This document shows, piece after piece, positions 1 through 7,688 of a DNA stretch of 64,000 nucleotides. The position numbers and the translations under genes were made by a program. Positions within the stretch are counted from its first letter, which is position 1. Each line of letters opens with the position of its first letter. Under the pieces are notes generated by a model. It was not told where the DNA came from, made no database searches, and saw nothing but the letters and a program-made list of their open reading frames with translations. Source of the DNA: an uncultured Clostridia bacterium (GTDB taxonomy: Bacteria > Bacillota > Clostridia > Christensenellales > UBA1242); NCBI GenBank assembly GCA_944382715.1, contig CALWNC010000003.1, positions 19,856-83,855 on the forward strand. Reading direction: 5' to 3'.

Positions 1-1
1 A

Positions 2-1576
2 ACGGAGTGCTCAATTGCACATACAAGATGGGCAACAAATGGAAGGGTTACAACGCAAAACTGTCACCCACATTTGTCAAAAGATGGAAACTGGGCAATT
101 GTTCACAATGGAATTATTGAAAATTTTGAAGCTTTAAAAGATGGTCTTAAAATGCCTCCAGAGAGCGACACAGACACAGCAGTTGTTGCAGAAGGGCTTG
201 ATGAAGCAAATGCAATTTCAGTGCAAGATTTTATTTCATATTTTAGAAATGTTACGGGTTCATTTGCAATTGTTGCAATGAATAAAAATGTGCCAAATGC
301 GCTTTATCTTGCAAAGCGAAAAAATCCACTCTATATAGCAAAGTCAAATGATGGTGATTTTTTGGTTGCCTCAGACCCAATTTGTTTTGAAAGCTTTTCA
401 AACAGTTATTTTTCTCTTGATGACGATGAATTTGCATTAATTGAAAGCAAAACCATATGCTTTTATAACTCCAAAAAAGAAATAATTGAAAAGAAGTCTG
501 TAAAACTTACAGAAGAATTTGAAATCGCAGAAAAACAACATTTCTCTACATTTATGCTTAAAGAAATTTTCGATGAAGAAGATGCACTTAAAAATCAAGT
601 AAAAACTTACAGAGATAAAAAAATTTTAGAGCAGTTTGATAAGGACTTTTTATGTAAATTTAATAGCATTGTGCTTATTGGCTGTGGAACGGCTTATCAT
701 GCATGCAAAATGGGGGCAAAATATTTTCAAAAAATATTAAAAGTCAATGCAACAGCAGAGATAGCAAGTGAATTTATTTATAGTAAGCCATGCTTTGCAA
801 ACAATGATACGCTTGTGATTTTAGTCAGCCAAAGTGGAGAAACGGCAGATACATTAAAGGCTCTTGAAATTGCAAAAGAAAAAGGTGCAACAGTTTTGGC
901 ATTTACTAATGTATCCTATTCAACGCTGGCAAAAAAAGCCGACATAAATTTGCCAATTTGTGCAGGAGTTGAAATTGCAGTTGCTTCTACCAAGGCATAT
1001 GTCTGTCAGCTTTCGGCACTATATTTACTTGTGTCATATTTTGAAAAAGATAGCAAAAATGATTATTTTGTAGATATTGAGAATGTTTCTAATAAAATTT
1101 TACAATTTAACCAAAATAATTTAAAAAATCTTGCAAGTAAAATTTACATGGAAGAGAAATGTTTTTTTATTGGTAAAGACCTTGACTATATAACTGCACT
1201 AGAAAGCGCTTTAAAAATTAATGAAACAACTTATATAAATTCAAATTGTTATCCTTCAGGTGAGCTCAAACATGGTTTTTTGGCTTTAATTGAAAAGGGA
1301 ACTCCTCTTTTTGTGTTTGCTACACAAAAAGACCTAAAAGTTAAGACATTAAATTCGGCAGAAGAAGCATATTCAAGGGGTGCAGAGCGAATTTTTGTTA
1401 CAAATGATGAGAAAATTAAGGCAAAATATACAATCTTTGTTGATGAACAAAATGAACTTCTAGCACCACTTATAGCAATTGCACAATTGCAGTTTCTTGC
1501 GTGTGAAATTAGCAGGTTAAAAAATATTGACCCAGACCAGCCTAGAAACCTAGCTAAAAGCGTTACGGTTGAATAA
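2..1576 (+). CDS. glmS: Glutamine--fructose-6-phosphate aminotransferase (isomerising), 5' end outside window
   Basis: Frame is open from the window edge and reads 'IAHTRWATNG...NCHPH'. SIS-domain motif 'VSQSGETADTL' is present. C-terminal 'LAKSVTVE' is typical of GlmS. Confidence 0.95.
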   Translation, partial: TECSIAHTRWATNGRVTTQNCHPHLSKDGNWAIVHNGIIENFEALKDGLKMPPESDTDTAVVAEGLDEANAISVQDFISYFRNVTGSFAIVAMNKNVPNALYLAKRKNPLYIAKSNDGDFLVASDPICFESFSNSYFSLDDDEFALIESKTICFYNSKKEIIEKKSVKLTEEFEIAEKQHFSTFMLKEIFDEEDALKNQVKTYRDKKILEQFDKDFLCKFNSIVLIGCGTAYHACKMGAKYFQKILKVNATAEIASEFIYSKPCFANNDTLVILVSQSGETADTLKALEIAKEKGATVLAFTNVSYSTLAKKADINLPICAGVEIAVASTKAYVCQLSALYLLVSYFEKDSKNDYFVDIENVSNKILQFNQNNLKNLASKIYMEEKCFFIGKDLDYITALESALKINETTYINSNCYPSGELKHGFLALIEKGTPLFVFATQKDLKVKTLNSAEEAYSRGAERIFVTNDEKIKAKYTIFVDEQNELLAPLIAIAQLQFLACEISRLKNIDPDQPRNLAKSVTVE

Positions 1577-1668
1577 TAAACTTACAAAATTAATAAAAAT
1601 GTAAAAAATCTTTCTAAAATCGAATAAAAAATTCAATTTAAGAAATTTATAAATAATTATCAATTTAT

Positions 1669-1697
1669 TTGCACTATCTCTAAAATTTTGATATAAT
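1669..1697 (+). promoter_or_regulatory. Sigma-A-type promoter candidate for dut
   Basis: TTGCAC (1669-1674), 17-nt spacer, TATAAT (1692-1697), with TG one base upstream (extended -10). It lies ~20 nt before the dut SD/ATG. Confidence 0.5.
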
Positions 1698-1716
1698 TGT
1701 TTTAGAGGTGTAATGT

Positions 1717-2250
1717 ATGAAGTGTGATGATGACAAAATTTATTTTGCAAAAATAAGACCCGAGGCAACTATTCCGACAAAAAAACAGGAAGATGCAGGC
1801 TATGACGTATATGCGTGCTTTGACGGAAACTATTTCGTGATTGAACCATATGCGACAAGACCCGTTCCAACTGGAATAGCCTCAGCAATTTCTCCAAAGT
1901 ATTACATTCAAGTTGAAGAGCGTTCAAGTACAGGGAAGCTTGGAATTAAAAGAAATGCAGGCGTTATTGATTCGGGATATAGGGGGGAATATTTCATATT
2001 AACTTATAATACAAATAATGTCCCACTTGTAATTACTAAATTAAACCTTGATGAGATTCCAAACGAATTTATGGTAGATGGGAAAACTTATCATAAGGGT
2101 AGCACAATTTTCTACCCAGCCAGTAAGGCAATTTGTGAACTTGTCGTTCATATTCTTCCAAGTTTAGAAACGGTTGAATTGTCTTATGACGACTTACTTA
2201 AAATTGAGTCAGAGAGGGGCACGGGTGGATTTGGAAGCTCAGGTAAATAA
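1717..2250 (+). CDS. dut: dUTP diphosphatase (trimeric type) with an internal ~25-aa insertion
   Basis: Motifs 'DAGYDVYA', 'RSSTG', 'GVIDSGYRGE' and C-terminal 'ERGTGGFGSSGK'. SD AGAGGTG lies upstream of the ATG. Confidence 0.9.
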   Translation: MKCDDDKIYFAKIRPEATIPTKKQEDAGYDVYACFDGNYFVIEPYATRPVPTGIASAISPKYYIQVEERSSTGKLGIKRNAGVIDSGYRGEYFILTYNTNNVPLVITKLNLDEIPNEFMVDGKTYHKGSTIFYPASKAICELVVHILPSLETVELSYDDLLKIESERGTGGFGSSGK

Positions 2251-2420
2251 AAAAGTGCACTAGAAAAAGGTTTTGCATTATTCACTTTGCAGATTAGTTA
2301 AATGAAAGTGTATTTTTAAAAATAATTTATAAAAAGATTAATTTTAAAAATACTAAGACTAGACTAAATTAAGAAATAATTATTTAGAGATTTTATTATA
2401 GTGGTTTTTGGGGTTTGATT

Positions 2421-3116
2421 ATGGGAAAGATTTTTATTGAGAAAAAAGAAATTAAATTTAAAGTTAAAGAAACAGTTGAAGATACTTCTTTTGATATTGT
2501 TGACGGCAAGTATGTAGAAAATACTAAGCTTAATAGAAAGTATGTGTCTGATATGTATTCTTATCTTGACTTTACTGTGCTTTTTGCAATGGAAAACTTG
2601 TTTGATGAGTATTACACAAAAATAATACTTTTTAATGATGAAAAGCGAATTGGTTATAACCTAGTTAGTCTGTCAAGTAATCTTGACATTTCAGTTAAGA
2701 GAATTTCTCCCAAAAATTTCTTGGTGCTTGGTATAAATAAAGATCAGGAAACTCAGGGTCAAGCAAGTTTTTGTAGTTTGCTTAATGATGGAACTGTAAA
2801 TGAAGTGACTTTAAATTTCAACTATATAAATCAGTATAAAGTCATTGAAGGAAAATACTTCTTGCTTAACTTTATTGAAACTTTAAGGCTTCCTTCCGAG
2901 GACGGAAAAGATGATGCCACTTACTTTAACACTATTGCCGTTTATAGAGATGATGGCTCAATTCTCAGAATTTTGGTTGAAGAAAAACTAAAAACCAAAA
3001 GAGAGCTTGTCTGTGATATTGATAAGGATATGATTTTAATCTACTATAAAGACGATGGTTCTATCGTTAAAAAAATTGCCATTTCCGAAATCCTTTTAAC
3101 ACACGATACTAAATAA
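2421..3116 (+). CDS. Hypothetical protein (231 aa from the ATG at 2421; the ORF is open from 2415)
   Basis: Long ORF with protein-like composition and no motif I recognise. The start choice is uncertain because the SD is weak. Confidence 0.55.
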   Translation: MGKIFIEKKEIKFKVKETVEDTSFDIVDGKYVENTKLNRKYVSDMYSYLDFTVLFAMENLFDEYYTKIILFNDEKRIGYNLVSLSSNLDISVKRISPKNFLVLGINKDQETQGQASFCSLLNDGTVNEVTLNFNYINQYKVIEGKYFLLNFIETLRLPSEDGKDDATYFNTIAVYRDDGSILRILVEEKLKTKRELVCDIDKDMILIYYKDDGSIVKKIAISEILLTHDTK

Positions 3117-3118
3117 AA

Positions 3119-3263
3119 AAATTGAATTTTTTACCTAAATTTTACTAAAAAACATTAGATTTTGCAATTTTTTTGAATTTATATTATTTTTTAAAAAATA
3201 AATTACGCATTTTTTTAAAAAAAGTACACTTTTTGATTTTTATTATATTAAAAAATTCAATTT
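3119..3263. repeat. Inverted pair of the 15-nt word TAAAAAATTCAATTT flanking a T-tract-rich spacer; a third direct copy lies at 1625-1639
   Basis: AAATTGAATTTTTTA at 3119-3133 is the exact reverse complement of TAAAAAATTCAATTT at 3249-3263. The same 15-mer occurs at 1625-1639. The core AAATT-N-AATTT is itself near-palindromic. Confidence 0.6.
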
Positions 3264-3371
3264 ATCTTTATTTTTATTTATTTTATTTGATTTATTTTTT
3301 TAGGTATATTAAAATAAAATTGTTAAAAATTATAATACTAATAATGAAGATTATTATAAGGAAGTAGAGAA

Positions 3372-4451
3372 ATGTCAAATTTAGAAAATATTCATGGTTT
3401 GGGAAACAATGGAGAAAATAATGTTCAGCAGGGAACTGGAGAATCTGGCTATACACGAGTTATTGGACTTGATGTTGCAAATTCTACTCTCAAAATCTGG
3501 ACAAATGAATTGAATTTAAAATATGTTAATACTATTCGCCAAATAAATGACGCAGGTCTAGTTTATTCTTTTAAAACGGACTATCAAATGTATGTATATG
3601 ATAAACAAGTTTACGAAGTTGGTGTGCTTTCTGCAACGGGCTCAGGTGGAAGAGGAATCTCTAGGTACGGTTCAGAGGAGTATAAAATAGAGGCACTTAT
3701 TGGTATTACTGCTTGTCTTAAAGAACTACCTAATCTTGCTGACCATGAGGTTTTAAGAATTGTTACGGGAGTTCCAAGTAACCTTGCAAAAAATCAAAAG
3801 ATTATTTCGCAAATTAAACAACTTTTGACGGGAATTCATGAAGTTAAGTCCGTTACTTGGGAAAGTGTAAGACCAATAACTTTTGAAGTTCGTGAAGTTA
3901 TTGTTGTTCCACAACCACTTGGGACAATGTATGACTATGTCTATGATCCAGAAGTAGATGCACTTAATGAAAAACTGCTTGATCAAAGGGCAATAGTAAT
4001 TGATATTGGCTGGGGAACAACCGACATTGCCTTTCTTGAAACTGCAAGGGTTCGTTCAACTTTTTCATTTAATATTGGCACATCAGATTATATCTCTGAA
4101 CTTCAAGAAGATGTAAATAGTGATTTGCCAGAAGCTAGCATTTTTTCACTGGCACCACACGAACTTGACGAGGCACTTTTAGAGTCGCCTATAGTTGAAA
4201 CACCTTTCGGCGAATTTGACCTTTCTGCATATGTTGAAAAACATACAAGAAATCAGGCAAAGAGAGTGTATCAAGAAGTAATGGGGCTTGGTCTTGAATT
4301 TAATAAATTTTATAAGATAATTCTTACTGGTGGTGGAGCACTACTTTATGAAAAATACCTGCGGGAATTTTTCAATGACCCAAGACTTATAATTCAAGAA
4401 AATGCCGTTATGGCAAACTGTCGTGGATTTTGGTTACTTGGTAATTACTAA
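3372..4451 (+). CDS. ParM/StbA (Alp)-family actin-like ATPase
   Basis: Actin-fold motifs occur in the canonical order: 'VIGLDVANSTLKIW', 'VVPQPLGT', 'VIDIGWGTTDIAF', 'ILTGGGALLY', 'ANCRGFW'. SD AAGGAAG lies upstream. Confidence 0.8.
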   Translation: MSNLENIHGLGNNGENNVQQGTGESGYTRVIGLDVANSTLKIWTNELNLKYVNTIRQINDAGLVYSFKTDYQMYVYDKQVYEVGVLSATGSGGRGISRYGSEEYKIEALIGITACLKELPNLADHEVLRIVTGVPSNLAKNQKIISQIKQLLTGIHEVKSVTWESVRPITFEVREVIVVPQPLGTMYDYVYDPEVDALNEKLLDQRAIVIDIGWGTTDIAFLETARVRSTFSFNIGTSDYISELQEDVNSDLPEASIFSLAPHELDEALLESPIVETPFGEFDLSAYVEKHTRNQAKRVYQEVMGLGLEFNKFYKIILTGGGALLYEKYLREFFNDPRLIIQENAVMANCRGFWLLGNY

Positions 4452-4466
4452 TAGGAGGAAGAGATT

Positions 4467-5369
4467 ATGACATTAAATGAAGTCGAACAGGCAATAAGAA
4501 ATTTAATTACAAATCAGCCAATGGTTACCACTGGGCCATCGGGAGACGTTGTTAATAGTATATTGTCTGTAATTAATTCGTATAGAAACTTTAGATTTTT
4601 AATTCAAAGTCACCCAGCACAAGACTCTTTTAAATTCAATTCCTTGAATCTTTCTCAAAGAATGGAGTCAGACCTTTCAAATGTAATTTGTCAAACTCTT
4701 CAAGAACGCGGGATTAATCTGATGATGTATATGCCAGCAAGCCAGTTTGGAATGAATCAAAATCCTTATCCTTATAATATGACAAATAACGTTGGTGCAA
4801 ACCTTTCACCAAATATGAGTTCTGGAGTTCTTGGTGGTCAAGTGGTGTACAATAATCAGGTGTCACCAAATAACCCATACTTTCAAGGTATGAGTGGTCA
4901 AATGCAACAGACAATGCCACCTTATCCACAGCCACAAAATTATCCAAATGCTGGGCCAAGACCGGTTATGATGATGAATAACCCAGTTCAACCTATGAGA
5001 AATGGGTCTCAGCACTATCCAAAAACCTCTGCACCAACGCAACCAATTTCTTTTGGCGACCTTAATGGAAAATCAAAAGCAGAAATGCGCGGCAATCCCG
5101 TTCAATCAAGACCAGTTCAGCGAAAACCAGAATTTTCTGTTCCTGCTCGTGAACAGAAGATTCGCAAAAATAATACTACTGGCTCAAAAATTAATACGGT
5201 TTCAAGACCAGAACCAGTAAAGCAGGAAGAAAAACCTCAAGTTGCTAAGCAAATTGAACCTGCAAAACAAGAAGTTCGTGTTGAAGAACCTGCAAAACAA
5301 GAAGAGCAACAACCAAATATAGTAAAGGCAACGGGAAGAGATTATTTGCTAGAACTCTTAAAGAAATAA
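4467..5369 (+). CDS. Hypothetical protein with P/Q/N/M-rich low complexity and EPAKQE repeats; candidate adaptor of the actin-like ATPase
   Basis: Strong SD (TAGGAGGAAG) 15 nt after the upstream stop. The exact 19-nt repeat gaacctgcaaaacaagaag occurs at ~5256 and ~5286. The C-terminal tip reads 'GRDYLLELLKK'. Confidence 0.7.
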   Translation: MTLNEVEQAIRNLITNQPMVTTGPSGDVVNSILSVINSYRNFRFLIQSHPAQDSFKFNSLNLSQRMESDLSNVICQTLQERGINLMMYMPASQFGMNQNPYPYNMTNNVGANLSPNMSSGVLGGQVVYNNQVSPNNPYFQGMSGQMQQTMPPYPQPQNYPNAGPRPVMMMNNPVQPMRNGSQHYPKTSAPTQPISFGDLNGKSKAEMRGNPVQSRPVQRKPEFSVPAREQKIRKNNTTGSKINTVSRPEPVKQEEKPQVAKQIEPAKQEVRVEEPAKQEEQQPNIVKATGRDYLLELLKK

Positions 5370-5447
5370 TTCAATTAGCTTTTAAATGGGTCTATTGTTT
5401 ATTTTTTCATTCTTGCTTTTATATTAATTTAATATTAGATAAAAAGA

Positions 5448-5475
5448 AGTCTAAGGTTTACTTAGGCTTTTTTTG
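5448..5475 (+). terminator. Rho-independent terminator
   Basis: AGTCTAAG / CTTAGGCT stem (one G-U pair), 5-nt loop, followed by a T7 run. Confidence 0.6.
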
Positions 5476-5796
5476 TTTGCGTATTTTTAACTTGACCATA
5501 CAAATTTTTAAATATTTCAATTAAATTTTTTTATAGTAACAAAAAGCAAAAGATATTTTTATTAGAATTTTTAAGTTTATCTTTGAATATTTCTTATTAA
5601 AAGCAACTAAACAGACCATACTAAATTAGATAAAATACAACAACATTCGACAATTTTAACTTAGTTATTGATTTTATTGACAAAAAATGACATAATAGAA
5701 TGTGTAAAATAATTTTTAAACTAAATTTTATAAAATTAGTAAATTTAACTTAGCTATGATTAACAATAATTTTTGGCAAAGATTCATTTAGGCTAG

Positions 5797-5825
5797 TTGA
5801 CAGTGATTGTTGTTTATATCATAAT
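5797..5825 (+). promoter_or_regulatory. Sigma-A-type promoter candidate for cls
   Basis: TTGACA (5797-5802), 17-nt spacer, CATAAT (5820-5825). It lies just upstream of SD AGGGGA and the ATG at 5839. Confidence 0.45.
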
Positions 5826-5838
5826 ACATAGGGGATTT

Positions 5839-7563
5839 ATGAAAAAATTACTTAGAATACTATTAAGACTGCTTCTTATTTTGCCAGCTATTGCCTTTCA
5901 AGTACTTTGGTATGTTATAATTTTAGTTTGGCTAGATCAATTTACAGTTTATTTAAATATTTTGTCAATTGCTTTGCAAATCATATTTATTTTAGATATT
6001 TTAAATCAAAGGGGAGAATCAAAATATAGACTGCTTTGGATTACGGCAATCTGTCTTGTTCCAATCTTTGGAATATGGCTATATCTTTTTAGTGGAAATA
6101 AACGCTCTTCGCGTCCCATTGCAAAACGAATAACAAAGCGAAACAAAGTAGCCACTGCAAAACTGGAGGGCTTGGATATTGAAGGACTAGTGAAGGGTGG
6201 GGACATAACCTATCAAACATTATATATGATTCAAAATCTATCACATATGCCAGTTAATGCTGTTACAAATGCGAAGTACTATAGTCTTGGTGAACTAATG
6301 TATGATGATATGATACAAGACTTAAAAAATGCAAAATCATACATATTTCTTGAATATTTTATAATAGAAAGGGGTAAATTTTGGGATAAAGTAGTAGAAA
6401 TTATGCTTCAAAAGATTAAGGAAAATGTCATTGTCAAGGTTTTATATGACGATATAGGTAGCATTTCTACTCATTCATTAAGTGAATGGGAATCTTTAAA
6501 GAAAATGGGCATTGACATTGCAACATTTAACCCAATCACAGCGGTAAAACTTACACTAAATAACCGAGATCATAGAAAGATGATGATTATTGATGGTAAA
6601 GTTTGTTATAGTGGTGGCGTCAATATTGCTGATGAGTATATAAATCAAAAGAAAAGATTTGGGCATTGGAAGGATATTGGCTTTAGAATAACTGGCAATG
6701 CAGTTCAAAGTTACACACATATGTTTACACTATTTTGGAATGCCTATTCTAAAAATCTAATTAATGATGGAGATTTTATTAGCTATGAAGATGAAAGTAA
6801 ATTGTCTGTAAATTATGTCTATAATAAAAATACAATTTCAAAGACTCTTAATAATGATAATATTGAATTAAAAAATGGGCAAAATGCAGTTTTTTATGAA
6901 AATTCACTTGTGGATAGTGCAAATTTAACTAAATTTACTGCAAATTCTTACTATAAAAGTGAAAATAATACTTTAGAAAATGAAAATAAAGGGAAAACTG
7001 AAAATGATATTAATGATGATAGGGGCGTAGTTATATCCTATTATGATTCCCCAAATAACACAGAACAAATAAGTAATAAATATTTCATAAATATTTTAAG
7101 TAGTGCAACTAAATATGCTTACTTTTACACGCCCTATTTAATAATAGATGATTCATTAAAAGAAGCATTTATAAGTGCAGCTCAAAGGGGCATTGATGTT
7201 AGAATAATCATTCCGGGAATTCCAGATAAAAAAGTCATTTATTTTTTGACAAGAAAGTATGCTGAAGAACTTTCTAGTTATGGCGTTAAAGTTTATGTGT
7301 ATGATAGTGGGTTCGTTCATGCAAAGGCAAGCATTGTAGATGATAGAATATGTTCAATAGGTTCGGTTAATCTTGATTATAGGAGTTTATATCTTCACTT
7401 TGAAAACAATTCTATTTTTACAAGTAGCAAACTACTATTTGATTTAAAAGAAGATTTCTTAAATACACAAGAAAAATCAACAATTATTGAATATAAAAAG
7501 AGTAAGAATATTTTTAAAAAACTTTTGAGAGTAATTGTAGATATATTTGCACCATTCTTATAA
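5839..7563 (+). CDS. cls: Cardiolipin synthase (PLD superfamily, two HKD motifs) with an N-rich inter-domain insertion
   Basis: 'HRKMMIIDGKVCYSGGVNIADEY' and 'HAKASIVDDRICSIGSVNLDYRS'. Two N-terminal TM helices. The start was moved to the ATG at 5839 behind an SD. Confidence 0.9.
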   Translation: MKKLLRILLRLLLILPAIAFQVLWYVIILVWLDQFTVYLNILSIALQIIFILDILNQRGESKYRLLWITAICLVPIFGIWLYLFSGNKRSSRPIAKRITKRNKVATAKLEGLDIEGLVKGGDITYQTLYMIQNLSHMPVNAVTNAKYYSLGELMYDDMIQDLKNAKSYIFLEYFIIERGKFWDKVVEIMLQKIKENVIVKVLYDDIGSISTHSLSEWESLKKMGIDIATFNPITAVKLTLNNRDHRKMMIIDGKVCYSGGVNIADEYINQKKRFGHWKDIGFRITGNAVQSYTHMFTLFWNAYSKNLINDGDFISYEDESKLSVNYVYNKNTISKTLNNDNIELKNGQNAVFYENSLVDSANLTKFTANSYYKSENNTLENENKGKTENDINDDRGVVISYYDSPNNTEQISNKYFINILSSATKYAYFYTPYLIIDDSLKEAFISAAQRGIDVRIIIPGIPDKKVIYFLTRKYAEELSSYGVKVYVYDSGFVHAKASIVDDRICSIGSVNLDYRSLYLHFENNSIFTSSKLLFDLKEDFLNTQEKSTIIEYKKSKNIFKKLLRVIVDIFAPFL

Positions 7564-7589
7564 AAATAAATATATATTAGTAAAAAAGG

Positions 7590-7619
7590 CTGTAAATACT
7601 AATTTTACAGTCTTTTTTT
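7590..7619 (+). terminator. Rho-independent terminator after cls
   Basis: CTGTAAA / TTTACAG stem followed by a T7 run. Confidence 0.5.
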
Positions 7620-7688
7620 CTAAAATTTGCAGTTTTTTAGATAAAGAAATTATAAATAATTTTATTTATTTGTGTAATACTAAAATTA

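Noticed and set aside
3173-3367. 64-aa ORF in the track ('MNLYYFLKNKLRIFLKK...') upstream of the ParM-like gene.
   Set aside because: It consists purely of I/L/F/K/Y codons from an AT-only tract, has no SD, and overlaps the repeat/T-tract region. It is a composition artefact.
4921-4929. Perfect DnaA-box-like 9-mer TTATCCACA.
   Set aside because: It is a single copy inside a coding region (encoding PYPQP) with no cluster of boxes or AT-rich unwinding element. It most likely occurs by chance.
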